The translations under genes and the position numbers were made by a program. A model generated the notes under the pieces. It was not told where the DNA came from, did no database searches, and saw only the letters and a list, made by a program, of their open reading frames with translations. From Candidatus Marinacidobacterales bacterium (GTDB lineage: Bacteria > Acidobacteriota > Vicinamibacteria > Marinacidobacterales > DATDRI01): a stretch of DNA of 64,000 nucleotides. Shown piece by piece: positions 1-10,463 of this stretch; positions within the stretch are counted from its first letter, which is position 1; each line of letters starts with the position of its first letter. The stretch is from contig OZ245365.1 in NCBI GenBank assembly GCA_965226495.1, forward strand, positions 1,760,001 through 1,824,000. The letters run 5' to 3'.

Positions 1-3000
1 CGGAACATCGGTCCCGCCCGTCCGAGTGGCCGCGTGACCGATTTGGCGGTGCTCCCGACGAGACCGAGTACCTTCTACGCGGCGACCGCCACCGGGGGGG
101 CCTGGAAGACAACCACCAACGGCACGACGTGGACCCCGGTGTGGGATAGCGAGGGGAGCATTTCTTTGGGCGCCATTGCTCTCGCTCCCTCCAATCCAGA
201 CGTGGTCTGGGTAGGTACGGGCGAAGCTTGGAGCGCGCGGGTCTCGTCCTACGGCGATGGTGTCTACAAGTCCGAAGACGGTGGCAAGACCTGGCATCAC
301 ATGGGGCTGCGAGAGACCCAGTACATCGGTCGTATCGTCGTGCATCCAGAAGACGAGAACACGGTTTACGTCGCCGCCCTGGGTTCACTGTGGGGGCCCA
401 ACGAGGAACGAGGGCTCTTCAAAACCACCGACGGCGGTAAGTCGTGGACCAAGATGCTCTATAAGAACCCACACACCGGCGTGGTGGAGGTTGCGTTGGA
501 CCCCACGCGTCCCGATACCGTCTACGCGGCGACGTACCTTCGGGAGCGAAGGGCCTGGAACTTCGTGGGAGGTGGTCCGGAGAACGGTCTCTTCAAATCG
601 ACCGATGGCGGCGAGACCTGGGACGAACTCACCAACGGGCTTCCCGACGTGGATATGGGTCGCATCGGGCTCTCGATCTGTCGAAGCCAACCCAACACCA
701 TCTACGTAGCGGCCGAAGCGCAAGGACAAGCCGGAGGTATCTTTCGCTCCGACGACCGCGGCGCCAGCTGGGAGCGGCGCACGGGAAAGTGGAACACCCG
801 GCTCGACTACGGGAAGTTGAATTGCGATCCCAACAATCCGGAGAGCGTGTACTTGATGCATGTACGGCTTTCGCGCTCGGATGATGGGGGAGAGACGTTT
901 CGGACCGACGTGATCGGCCCGGGAGGGCACGGCGATTGGCGCACCATGTGGATCAACCCATCGAACTCCGATCATCTCATTTCGGGGAGCGATGGTGGCG
1001 TGTACCTCTCCTACGACCGCGGGCGGAACTGGAGCTTCATCGGGAACCTTCCCGTGTCCCAGTTCTACGACGTGGCGGTGGATATGCAGGAGCCGTTCTA
1101 CTACGTCTACGGCGGCCTTCAAGATAACGGCACTTTCGGGGGACCGAGCGGGACGCGCTACGCCGACGGCATCACCAACGCAGATTGGACGCTGACGACG
1201 GGCGGCGATGGCTTCTACGTTCAAATCGACCCCGAAGATCCGACGATCGTCTATAGCGAGTGGCAGTATGGTTTTCTCAACCGGTTCGACACCAGAACCG
1301 GCGAGCGGCACTTCATTCAGCCGCAACCTAAAGACGGGGAAAACTATCGGTGGAACTGGTCGGCGCCGGTCGTCCTTTCGCAGCATGATCGCAATACTCT
1401 CTATTTTGGAGCGAACTATCTCTTCCGGAGCCGGAACCGAGGAGATAGTTGGGACACCATCGGCCCCGATCTCACGCGCGCACTGAATCCCCTCGAGCTG
1501 CCCCTGATGGGCAAAGTATGGCCGAAGGATGCGGTGGCCTATCATGCTGGGACTGCCGATTACGGAAGCATTTCCACGATCGCCGAGTCACCGCTTCGAG
1601 CGGGCGTGCTCGCGGTGGGTACCGACGACGGCTTGATTCAGGTGACGACCGATGATGGAGAGAATTGGTTTCGCATCGAAACCATTCCCGGTGTTTCCAA
1701 CCGAGCTTGGGTGACACGCGTTTTGTTGTCCGAACACGACGAGCAAACGCTCTATGCCACCATTGACGCCCATCGAGATAACGACCTCAAGCCCTACGTC
1801 GTCAAGAGCACCGACTTGGGACGCACGTGGAAGTCCATCGCGAGCAACTTGCCGGAGTTTGGGCACGCCCGAACGATCGCCGAGCATCCACAGAATCCGA
1901 ACCTTCTCTTCGTGGGGACCGAGTTCGGCGTCTTCATTTCAATAGATGGCGGAGGTCGTTGGGTTCAACTCAAGAATAATTTGCCCACGGTAAACGTCTA
2001 CGATCTTTTGATCCATCCCAGAGAGAACGATCTCGTCATGGCGACCCATGGTCGAGGGTTTTGGATTATGGACGACATTGGAATCCTCGAAGATCTGGGG
2101 CCGGCTCTCGGTAAGGACCTCCATATTGCCGCGGTCCGTCCTGCGACCCAGCTACATCGCTACGCGCGCACTCAACGCTCGATCGGGGCGGATCACTTTA
2201 TGGCTCCCAATCCACCCGACGGCGCGATCATTACCTACTACGTCAACCCCACGTTACTGGAAGGAGACGCACCCGCCACGACACGTGTGGAGGTCGACAT
2301 CCTGGATACGGGCGGTGCCTTCGTTCGCCGCTTGGACGCTCCGCAAGGACGAAAAGGAGCCGGCATCCAACGCGTGGTCTGGGATGTGCGACACCCGCTG
2401 CCGTATGAGATTAGCGCCGAGGAAGCACGGAACAGCTGGCGCCCTCCACCGCGCGGCGCTTTTGTCATTCCCGGCGACTACCGTGTCCGCCTGAGGGTCG
2501 GAGACAAGGAAACAGTACAGTCGCTGACCGTGCGAGGCGATCCGGAAGTCGCGATTTCGACCGAGGACCGGCGGCTGTGGCATGACACGTTGCTTCAGCT
2601 CGCAGAGTTGGATGCGGCGGCGCGAGCTTCCGTCGCCACCGCCGAACGCGCCTGGGAGCAGCTGGAGGAAGTCGAGAAAGCCATGGCGTCCAACCCGGAC
2701 CCTTCCGCGACTCTGCGCGAGGAGCTCCGCGGCCTTCAAGCGGCCGTCGACGGCGTCTTGGAGAAATTGCGTGGTAGTGGACGCCGGGACATTGCCGAGC
2801 AACCCAAGACTCCGCCCATTGCGCGCCGGATCCGCGAAACCTATTTTTCCGCAGAGGCGTCCACCGCGCGCCCCACCGACGATCAGCTCCGCATTACCCA
2901 AGAAACAGGGCAGCGGTTGAAGGAGGAGGTCGCAACGCTCGATCGGTTGGTGAACGGATCGATACCGGCATTCAATCGGAAGCTGGACGAGGCGGGAGTT

Positions 3001-3048
3001 CGGTGGACTCCCGGCCGCTCTCCGGTGGCGCCGGCGACGACGCAGTGA
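1..3048 (+). CDS. VPS10/BNR-repeat beta-propeller glycosyl hydrolase-like protein, 5'-truncated by window edge
   Basis: Many Asp-box repeats (KSEDGGKTW, KTTDGGKSW, RSDDRGASW). Frame is open from base 1 (RNIGPARPSGRVTD), so the true start lies upstream. C-terminal Ig-like and coiled-coil region. Confidence 0.88.
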   Translation, partial: RNIGPARPSGRVTDLAVLPTRPSTFYAATATGGAWKTTTNGTTWTPVWDSEGSISLGAIALAPSNPDVVWVGTGEAWSARVSSYGDGVYKSEDGGKTWHHMGLRETQYIGRIVVHPEDENTVYVAALGSLWGPNEERGLFKTTDGGKSWTKMLYKNPHTGVVEVALDPTRPDTVYAATYLRERRAWNFVGGGPENGLFKSTDGGETWDELTNGLPDVDMGRIGLSICRSQPNTIYVAAEAQGQAGGIFRSDDRGASWERRTGKWNTRLDYGKLNCDPNNPESVYLMHVRLSRSDDGGETFRTDVIGPGGHGDWRTMWINPSNSDHLISGSDGGVYLSYDRGRNWSFIGNLPVSQFYDVAVDMQEPFYYVYGGLQDNGTFGGPSGTRYADGITNADWTLTTGGDGFYVQIDPEDPTIVYSEWQYGFLNRFDTRTGERHFIQPQPKDGENYRWNWSAPVVLSQHDRNTLYFGANYLFRSRNRGDSWDTIGPDLTRALNPLELPLMGKVWPKDAVAYHAGTADYGSISTIAESPLRAGVLAVGTDDGLIQVTTDDGENWFRIETIPGVSNRAWVTRVLLSEHDEQTLYATIDAHRDNDLKPYVVKSTDLGRTWKSIASNLPEFGHARTIAEHPQNPNLLFVGTEFGVFISIDGGGRWVQLKNNLPTVNVYDLLIHPRENDLVMATHGRGFWIMDDIGILEDLGPALGKDLHIAAVRPATQLHRYARTQRSIGADHFMAPNPPDGAIITYYVNPTLLEGDAPATTRVEVDILDTGGAFVRRLDAPQGRKGAGIQRVVWDVRHPLPYEISAEEARNSWRPPPRGAFVIPGDYRVRLRVGDKETVQSLTVRGDPEVAISTEDRRLWHDTLLQLAELDAAARASVATAERAWEQLEEVEKAMASNPDPSATLREELRGLQAAVDGVLEKLRGSGRRDIAEQPKTPPIARRIRETYFSAEASTARPTDDQLRITQETGQRLKEEVATLDRLVNGSIPAFNRKLDEAGVRWTPGRSPVAPATTQ

Positions 3049-3054
3049 GCGGGC

Positions 3055-3993
3055 TTATTCGTCCCGGTTCTGAACGAACTGCCAGCCGAATCGGCCTTTG
3101 ATGCAAAGGTGTCCGCTGGTCACGCTGTGATCGAGGGGTGACGTCACTTTTACGATTTGGTTGTCCTGGACGTGCAGCTCGAGGTTACAACCCACGCCAC
3201 AGTAGGGGCAAATCGTTCGCGTGACACTTTGTTCGCTCTCGTCCCAGGTGCCGGCGGCGCGCATATCGAACTCCGACTTGAACATGAGCGCTCCGGTGGG
3301 ACAGACCCCGATGCAGTTACCACAATAGACGCATGCGGACTGATCGAGACGGCGGTCGAACTCCGTCGAAATGCGTGCGTCGAAGCCACGTCCGGCCACC
3401 GAGATCGCGAAAGTATTCTGGGCGTCCTCACCACAGGCTTCTACGCACTTGTAGCAGAGGATGCAACGCCCGTAGTCACGAATATAAAGCTCGTCGTGAA
3501 TCTTCACCGGCTGGGCGACGGTCTCGGTTTGGTCTCCGTCGGGCAGATGGTGGTGTCCGGGGTGTCGTGCCTCTCGTTCTCGGTCGGCGGACGGGGGAGA
3601 CGGAGGGCCAAACCGCTCCGGATCCACCTCATAACGCTCCATCCATTGCTGTGTTTCCTTGTCGACCAGGGAGAGGTCGACCGAGGAAGCCAAGAGCTCG
3701 AGCACCAGCTTCCGGCTCAGGCGAACGCGTTCGGTGTCGGTGAGAACAGTCGCTCCCGGCTCGGCCTTCCGCGAGCAAGCGGGGACCAAGGTTCGTGCGC
3801 CCTCGAGCTCGACCACGCACACCCGGCAGGCGTTGACCGGCGTCAAGGTCTCGAGGTAGCAAAGAGTCGGCGTCTCGATGCCCTTCGACCGGCAGGCGTC
3901 GAGAATCGTCGATCCTTCGGGCACCAGAGTCTTCTCACCATCGATCGTCATTTCGATCTCACGCTTGGGAGGGCCGGTCAAGGTGTCCGTCAC
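3055..3993 (-). CDS. Fe-S subunit of NAD-linked formate dehydrogenase (2Fe-2S + 2x4Fe-4S + molybdopterin-oxidoreductase Fe4S4 domain)
   Basis: Motifs PTLC...ACRVC...C, CILCYKCVEAC, CVYCGNCIGVCP and C-terminal TICPYCGVGC...HLCIKGRFG. GTG start at 3993 overlaps the upstream TGA (GTGA). Confidence 0.88.
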   Translation of the reverse strand: MTDTLTGPPKREIEMTIDGEKTLVPEGSTILDACRSKGIETPTLCYLETLTPVNACRVCVVELEGARTLVPACSRKAEPGATVLTDTERVRLSRKLVLELLASSVDLSLVDKETQQWMERYEVDPERFGPPSPPSADREREARHPGHHHLPDGDQTETVAQPVKIHDELYIRDYGRCILCYKCVEACGEDAQNTFAISVAGRGFDARISTEFDRRLDQSACVYCGNCIGVCPTGALMFKSEFDMRAAGTWDESEQSVTRTICPYCGVGCNLELHVQDNQIVKVTSPLDHSVTSGHLCIKGRFGWQFVQNRDE

Positions 3994-5849
3994 TTCTTTT
4001 GCCCTTTTCTGTTCAAGAGCCCGAGTCCGACCGCCGATTGCACAGCGCTCGCGGCGGTTTGTCCAAGTCCGCAGATCGAGGCATCCTGCATGACCTGGGC
4101 GAGGTCTTTGAGTAGCGTCTCGTGGTTTCCCGCCCCGCCGTTCCGGGTCAGACGATGCAGAACCTCCTCCTGCCGCACTGTGCCCACACGACAGGGAACG
4201 CACTGGCCGCAGGACTCGTCACGGAAGAATGCCGCGATGCGGAGAATGATATCGGTGAGATCGATCGTGTCGTCGAAGGCCATGACCACACCGGAACCTA
4301 AGGTCGCACCGATGGCCCGGGTGCCCTCGAATGTCATCGGAGTGTCGAGGTGCTTGGGGTCGACGAACATGCCCGCCGCGCCGCCCAGCAAGAAGGTTTT
4401 CCACGAGTGGCCATCGAGTGGGCCACCCGCCAGCTCGAGTAGCTGCCGCAGTGTGGCACCAAAAGGGACTTCGTAGAGTCCCGGACGTTTCACAGATCCC
4501 GATACGCAAAAGAGTTTGTGCCCAGTCGAGTCGTTGGTGCCGATCCGAGCGAATGCCGGTCCGCCCTCGAGAAGAACGTCGAGAGTGTTGACCAAAGTCT
4601 CTACGTTGTTAACGATCGTGGGCTTGCCGAAGAGACCGGATTGAGTGGGGAAAGGCGGCTTGCTTCTCGGCTCGCCGCGGAATCCCTCAATCGAGTTGAA
4701 CAAAGCGGTCTCCTCACCGCAGATATAGGCCCCGGCTCCTCGGCGTAGCTCGATCTCGAAGCGAAGGCCCGAGCCCATCACCTTGTCGCCCAAGAAGCCG
4801 GCCCGCTTGGCGCTGGAGATCGCGTTGGCCAGCCTCTTAGTGGCCAATGGGTACTCGGCGCGGATGTAGACGAATCCCTGCTCGGCTCCGGTGGCGTAGC
4901 CGGCGATAGTCATCGCTTCGATGATCGCGAACGGATCCTCTTCCATCAACACACGATCTTTGAACGTGCCAGGTTCGGACTCGTCGGCGTTGCAGAGGAT
5001 GTAATGGGGACGTACCGGATTTTTCGCCACCGCGTCCCACTTGCGACCCAAAGGAAAGGCGGCTCCACCCCGTCCCAACAACTTGGAGTCGAGTAGCTCG
5101 CGTAGCACGCCCTCCGGACCTATCGCGCTCGCCTGCTGGAGCGCCCGATAACCACCATGGGCCCGGTAGTCGGACAAGCTCTCCGGGTTGGCGACACCGA
5201 CTCGTCGAAGAAGGCGCAAATTAGGCTCTCGCGGCTCTACCGTTTGAGGAGCGGCGACTCTGGTCTGAGAAGGCAATGACTCCCCGTGGAGGAAGCCCGC
5301 GATGGTAGCGGCATCGGCGGGCGCCAGGACGTCGTCTTCTTCATTACCCGCTTGTTGAAACAGCACTGCCGGTCCACGCTCGCAGAGTCCCAAGCACGGA
5401 CTTCGAAGCCACGTGCAGTCGCCTCGGCCATTGGCTTTCGCGGACTTGCTGGGTGTGCCGGGCGGACCCAGCTTTTGTTTGAGCTCGGCACAAAGCGCAT
5501 CCGCGCCGGCCGTCTTGCAAGCAATGTCGTCACAGACATGCGCTACGCGCGGCGGACGCTTCTCCATCGAGAACAGGGCGTAAAAGCTCGCGACTCCGAA
5601 GGCTTCCGCCGGTGGAACCGTGAGGCGTTCGCAGATGTAATTGAGCGCGCCCTTGCTGACCCAGCCCACCCGGCCTTGCACCGCGTGGAGGGCAGGGAGG
5701 AGTAAGTGGCGTTTCCCCAGCGTCGAGGCACGGCCGCCGTGCGCCCATTGAGCTCCCACGCTGCCGGCACCGCTCATTGAGCGGATCGCTCCGTCGACCG
5801 CACTTTTTTCTTCAGTGGTCGGAGCTTCCGGCAGCAGTTTCAAATCCAT
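3990..5849 (-). CDS. NuoE-NuoF fusion, NAD(H)/FMN-binding diaphorase subunit of formate dehydrogenase
   Basis: N-terminal NuoE-like part (CDDIAC...CLGLC). NuoF motifs GRGGAAFP, NADESEPGTFKDR, GAGAYICGEETAL, ESCGQCVPCRVG, SICGLG. Confidence 0.92.
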   Translation of the reverse strand: MDLKLLPEAPTTEEKSAVDGAIRSMSGAGSVGAQWAHGGRASTLGKRHLLLPALHAVQGRVGWVSKGALNYICERLTVPPAEAFGVASFYALFSMEKRPPRVAHVCDDIACKTAGADALCAELKQKLGPPGTPSKSAKANGRGDCTWLRSPCLGLCERGPAVLFQQAGNEEDDVLAPADAATIAGFLHGESLPSQTRVAAPQTVEPREPNLRLLRRVGVANPESLSDYRAHGGYRALQQASAIGPEGVLRELLDSKLLGRGGAAFPLGRKWDAVAKNPVRPHYILCNADESEPGTFKDRVLMEEDPFAIIEAMTIAGYATGAEQGFVYIRAEYPLATKRLANAISSAKRAGFLGDKVMGSGLRFEIELRRGAGAYICGEETALFNSIEGFRGEPRSKPPFPTQSGLFGKPTIVNNVETLVNTLDVLLEGGPAFARIGTNDSTGHKLFCVSGSVKRPGLYEVPFGATLRQLLELAGGPLDGHSWKTFLLGGAAGMFVDPKHLDTPMTFEGTRAIGATLGSGVVMAFDDTIDLTDIILRIAAFFRDESCGQCVPCRVGTVRQEEVLHRLTRNGGAGNHETLLKDLAQVMQDASICGLGQTAASAVQSAVGLGLLNRKGQKK

Positions 5850-5864
5850 CGCGATTTCCTGAAC

Positions 5865-7778
5865 CTAGGTCGTCTTGAGAGTCGCCACCGCGATTTTGTC
5901 GATCCGGATCGCGGTCGCCTTGAACTCGGCGGTTCCCGATTTTGGATCCCAAGCGTCGATGGTGAGTACGTTAGTATCCACCTCGTCGGGAAAGTGGATG
6001 GTCATGAACACGAGACCCGGTCGCAGTCCGTCGTCGTACCGAACTGGTGCTTCCAAGGATCCACGCCGCGAAGTCACGCGAACTCGTTCTCCCTCGGCAA
6101 TGTCCATCCGCTCGCCATCTTCCGGGCAGATATCCAGCGTCTCTCCGTCCCGGATAGGCGAACGGAATCCACCGCTTTGGACGCCCGTGTTAAAGGAGTC
6201 CAATCGCCGCCCGGTCGTGAGACGGACCGGGAACTCGTCGGTCAGCTCGTCCACCGGCGGCACAAATTTCACCGGGCAGAAAGGAGCCGGCCGACCACCA
6301 ATAGGTTTCTCCCAAAGTCGGCCATGAAGGAATTGGCTGCCTGGGTGTTTCTCGTCGACACAGGGCCACTGAATGCCACCGAGCTCCTCGAGGCGGCGGT
6401 AGCTCATGCCGGCGTGCATGGGAGAGAGGCTTCGCAGCTCGTCCCAAATCTGCTCGGCGGTCGGTTGGCCCCAGTCGTGACCCAAGCGCTTTGCGATTTC
6501 GCAGAGGATCTCGTCGTCGTCGCGAGCGTTGCCCGGAGAGTCGAGTGCCTTTCGAACGCGCTGCACCCTCCGCTCGCTGCTGGTCACCGTACCTTCGGAC
6601 TCCGCCCAGCCGGCCGAGGCGGGAAGCACGACGTCGGCCATCTCGGCGGTCTTGGTGAGAACTGTGTCCTGGACGACCAGATGCTCGAGGCCTTCCAAGA
6701 GTCGTCGCGCCCGCTGGACGTCCGCCTCGGACTGCGCCGGATTTTCCCCGATGATGTAGAGAGTGTGCAGCTCGCCCTTCTCCATCGCCTCGAACATCTG
6801 TGAGAGGTGCCAGCCTTTCTTCGGTGGGATTTTGCAACCCCATCGCTTTTCGAACTTGCCCCGCACCTTGTCGTCTTCGACGTCCTGAAACCCGGGGAGC
6901 TTGTTCGGAATGGCACCCATGTCGCCTCCGCCTTGGACGTTGTTTTGTCCCCGGAGCGGATTCAAGCCGGATCCATAGCGGCCGACGTGGCCGGTCAGAA
7001 GGGCGAGGTTGATAAGAGCCAAGACGTTGTCGACCGCGTTGTGGTGCTCGGTGATTCCGAGGGTCCAGCAGATCTGAGCGGTGGGCGCTTTGGCGTAGGC
7101 GTGGGCCAGCTCACGGATCGCCTGGGCCGGTACGCCCGAAATCTTCTCCGCGTGCTCCACCGTGTAAGGTTCGACCTCGTGCCGATAGTCTTCGAACCCC
7201 GTCGTGGCCCGATCGATAAACGTTCGGTTGACGAGACCGGCGGCGATGATCTCGCGGCCTACGGCGTTGGCCAGAGCGATGTCCGAGCCAACGTCCAGAC
7301 CCAGCCAAACGTCGGCCCAGCGGGCCGAGGAAGTGCGTCTTGGGTCCACGACGTAGAGCTGCGCTCCGTGCCGCACTCCCTTGAGAACGTGGTGAAAAAA
7401 AATGGGATGGGTCTCGCGTGCGTTCGAGCCCCAGAGAACGATGAAATCGGTTTCCTCGACCTCCTGATAGGAGCTCGTCCCGCCCCCGGCGCCGAATACC
7501 GTCGCCAGACCGACGACGCTCGGCGCGTGTCACGTACGGTTGCAGCTATCGATGTTGTTGCTACCGATCACCGAGCGAGCGAACTTCTGAGCGATGAAGT
7601 TCATCTCGTTGGTTGCCTTCGAGCAGCTGAACATGCCGAACGACGAGCCCCCCTGCCGAGCGACGACGTCACGGAATCCTGAGGATGCTCGTTCGAGAGC
7701 CTCCTCCCAGCTTGCGTTCCGGAGTTTGCCGTTTTCTCGGACCAACGGCTCGGTTAGCCTCGAATAGCGCTTGCTCAT
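5865..7778 (-). CDS. fdhF: Selenocysteine-containing formate dehydrogenase catalytic (Mo/W-bisPGD) subunit
   Basis: ORFs 7530..7778 and 5865..7376 are in the same frame, joined across TGA at 7530-7532 in NNIDSCNRT-U-HAPSV. Also LRGQNNVQG motif, a SECIS hairpin, and SD AAGGAGG before ATG 7778. Confidence 0.92.
7500..7518 (-). promoter_or_regulatory. Bacterial SECIS hairpin
   Basis: CGTCGTC-GGTCT-GGCGACG stem-loop begins 11 nt after the in-frame UGA. The loop resembles the E. coli fdhF SECIS. Confidence 0.85.
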
Positions 7779-7891
7779 CCGCTAGCCTCCTTCGCGACCG
7801 AATGCTATCACGTTGTACTCCTGAGAGAGACCGGGAAAATACCCATGGGTTTGGCTTAGAATGTTCCCACCGCCATGAGGGGGGCGAGCGC

Positions 7892-9055
7892 GTGGCATTC
7901 TCTTGGGGAAATCCTCTTAATTGGTTTCGATCCTACCGGCATCTGTCCGCTTACATTTGGGACAATACGGACAAGAAGCGGAAGGAGTGGGTTCGAGCTC
8001 AGAGGGAGCGACATGGGGATGATTTCCTAGTCGATCGGACGGATCTCGGAAAATTCAGCTTCCTCTTACTGGCGGACACGGGCGAGGGCGATCAATCGCA
8101 GCTCGTGTTAGTCGACAAACTCCTGAAGGAAGGGAAGTCGACCGAGTTTGCGATCATAGGAAGCGACGTCGTCTACCCGGCCGGTCGATCCCACCACTAT
8201 CTTGCGAACTTTTACATGCCCTATCGGAACTACCTGAAAGACATCTACGCGGTCCCGGGCAATCACGACTGGTATGACGTGCTAACCGGCTTCATGATCC
8301 ACTTCTGCGACAATCAGTTCCATCGGAGAAAAAGAAGTAAACGAACGGTGGACGAATCGAAGCTGAGGGACATGCGCGCCATCCGGAGGAACGAGATTTA
8401 CCAGCCGAACATGTATTTCTGCTTGGACACCGCCTCCCTGCGGATCGTGTGCGTCGATACCGGCATCAGGACCCACATCGATGACGAGCAGATGGCATGG
8501 CTGCGGAGAGTTTCTGAAACGGATAAGCGCAAGATCCTGATCACCGGAGACCCCATCTATGCCAATGGAAGATATGAAAAGCGACTGGCCGAGTTAGACG
8601 AGATCGTCAGAAATTACGGTTACCTGGCGGTCATTGGAGGAGATACCCACAACTACCAGCAGTACCGGGTGACGTTGACCGCGGCCGGATCGAAGCGAGA
8701 CGTTTGGTATTTCGTGAACGGGGGAGGAGGTGCTTTCTTGAGCCGCACCGACCATATTCCGGAGCCGTCGGCGATGAAGGTTCCAGATGACGTACGCGTC
8801 AGCGACTTCGATTTGTATCCGGACCGCGAGGCTTCCCGCGAGTTCTTCGATTCCGGCAACATGAGCTTCCTCCCTGATGTCATCAAGTGGAGGATGCCCG
8901 CCGCTTTGCTCAACAAGGATCGGCCACCATACTACAAGAGCTTCATGAAGGTCGTGGTCAGGAAGACGTTCATCGAATTCCAGGTGTTCCGCATCGAGAA
9001 CTTCGGCCAGCCTTGGCTAGATGCAGGTCCCTGGAAGCGGATTCGGATTGAGTAG
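7892..9055 (+). CDS. Calcineurin-like metallophosphoesterase
   Basis: Motifs ADTGEG, GSDVVYP, PGNHDW, GGDTHNY, GGGGAF. GTG 7892 follows a G-rich SD; start is uncertain. Confidence 0.85.
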   Translation: MAFSWGNPLNWFRSYRHLSAYIWDNTDKKRKEWVRAQRERHGDDFLVDRTDLGKFSFLLLADTGEGDQSQLVLVDKLLKEGKSTEFAIIGSDVVYPAGRSHHYLANFYMPYRNYLKDIYAVPGNHDWYDVLTGFMIHFCDNQFHRRKRSKRTVDESKLRDMRAIRRNEIYQPNMYFCLDTASLRIVCVDTGIRTHIDDEQMAWLRRVSETDKRKILITGDPIYANGRYEKRLAELDEIVRNYGYLAVIGGDTHNYQQYRVTLTAAGSKRDVWYFVNGGGGAFLSRTDHIPEPSAMKVPDDVRVSDFDLYPDREASREFFDSGNMSFLPDVIKWRMPAALLNKDRPPYYKSFMKVVVRKTFIEFQVFRIENFGQPWLDAGPWKRIRIE

Positions 9056-9096
9056 GAGGCGGGCTGCCGGTTACAAGTGCCACCCACTTGGTAGTG

Positions 9097-10389
9097 TCAG
9101 GCTCGCCTGCGCCCCTCTTTCTCGAAGAACTCGCGGAGCCTTCGGGCTACGAGTACCTCTTCACCGTCTCTCAGACAACGGGTTCGAACTGTGACGCCGT
9201 CATAAGCCAGGCGAGGTTCCCCCTGCATTAGCTTTTCTTTGGCCTCGTCGGGGGTGAGAGGGATGATTTTTTCGTCCCATTGTATGTAGACGTCAGCGTA
9301 GCCGACGGTGTTGGTGGCGTAGGTGGCAGTCAGGCCGTGGATGCCTTGTATCTGATCCGTGAGCCATCTGGCCTTGGCGTTCCAGCGCTCTTCGACCTTG
9401 TCGTGGTCGAGCTCGATCCAGCGATTGAGGGCGACGATGGGGCCGACGATTTCTTCTTTGCCGACTTTCATGCCGCGGCCGAGGTTACCGTTGGGGGCAG
9501 CGTGGAGGCGGGCGGCTTCGATCAAGTCGCGACGACCGGCCAAAATGCCCGTCGACTGAGGGCCGCGGATTCCCTTGCCGCCGCTGATCACGACGAGATC
9601 CGCTCCGGCGTCGATGAAGCGAGTGAGGTTGGCAGCCGGCGGTAGATCGGAAGCCATGTCGATCAGTACGGGGACACCGGTTCGTCTACCAATCGCAATG
9701 AGCTCCTCGGGCATCATCACCTCGGGACTATGAGGATGAGCTAGTTCGCGCGGGAGAGGCGGACCGAACTCACGTTGCTTTTCGACCGCGGTCAAGACGG
9801 CGATCATGGCGGTGCGGTCGTTGATCTTGGCGATGAACTCCTCCCGAGTCGTCGCCTCGACGATGCTCATACCAGCCGCTCGGTAGGCGCGGTCGTACTC
9901 GAAACGATGTGCGGTCTGAATGAGGCAATCTCGCTTTGGCCACGTTGCTTGGGGCAGCGCTTCGATTTTTTCTGGATCGGCGCCAGTCAGGCACGCTGCG
10001 GCGCCTAAGATCATGGCCGAGAAAGCCCCAGACGTTACGAGAGCTGCCTCAGCTCCCATGAGCTCGGCAACCCGCTTGCCGGCGGCTTCGGTAAGCTCGT
10101 GCATGTCGACGAAATAGTCGTTGGCTTCGACCATCGCTTCCGTAACTTCGCGAGGCATCCGCGACCCGCCCAGTCTCGTGAGATGCTCATGAGCTCCCAG
10201 ATGCGGGCGTACACCAAGTAGTTGCGTGTAGATATTGTCGCGATAGGCGGATTCCAAACGCTCGAGCTCTGCTGGGGTCGCCGGTCCCTGCTCGCGCGAC
10301 GAGCTTCCGAGTCCCAGCGCTCCTGCGGCAACGGAAGTGCCCAGAAACTCGCGCCTGGACCATCGTGTCGACTTCTCGTTCTGATTCAT
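9097..10389 (-). CDS. SelA-related PLP-dependent enzyme (D-glucosaminate-6-P ammonia-lyase-like) with Tat signal
   Basis: SRREFLG twin-arginine motif, LTRLGGS, PLP-lysine motif SGGKGIRGPQSTG, GRGMKVGKEEI. Confidence 0.82.
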   Translation of the reverse strand: MNQNEKSTRWSRREFLGTSVAAGALGLGSSSREQGPATPAELERLESAYRDNIYTQLLGVRPHLGAHEHLTRLGGSRMPREVTEAMVEANDYFVDMHELTEAAGKRVAELMGAEAALVTSGAFSAMILGAAACLTGADPEKIEALPQATWPKRDCLIQTAHRFEYDRAYRAAGMSIVEATTREEFIAKINDRTAMIAVLTAVEKQREFGPPLPRELAHPHSPEVMMPEELIAIGRRTGVPVLIDMASDLPPAANLTRFIDAGADLVVISGGKGIRGPQSTGILAGRRDLIEAARLHAAPNGNLGRGMKVGKEEIVGPIVALNRWIELDHDKVEERWNAKARWLTDQIQGIHGLTATYATNTVGYADVYIQWDEKIIPLTPDEAKEKLMQGEPRLAYDGVTVRTRCLRDGEEVLVARRLREFFEKEGRRRA

Positions 10390-10463
10390 GTGAGCCCTCC
10401 AACCCGGAAGCATAATGCAGATCGGGTGGGAGCAGGGTGAGAAGTTGAGGAGGACCAGGCTAT

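Noticed and set aside
9097-10389. True selenocysteine synthase selA
   Set aside because: It has a Tat signal, its motifs fit the SelA-like/DgaE subfamily, and there is no selB or selC nearby.
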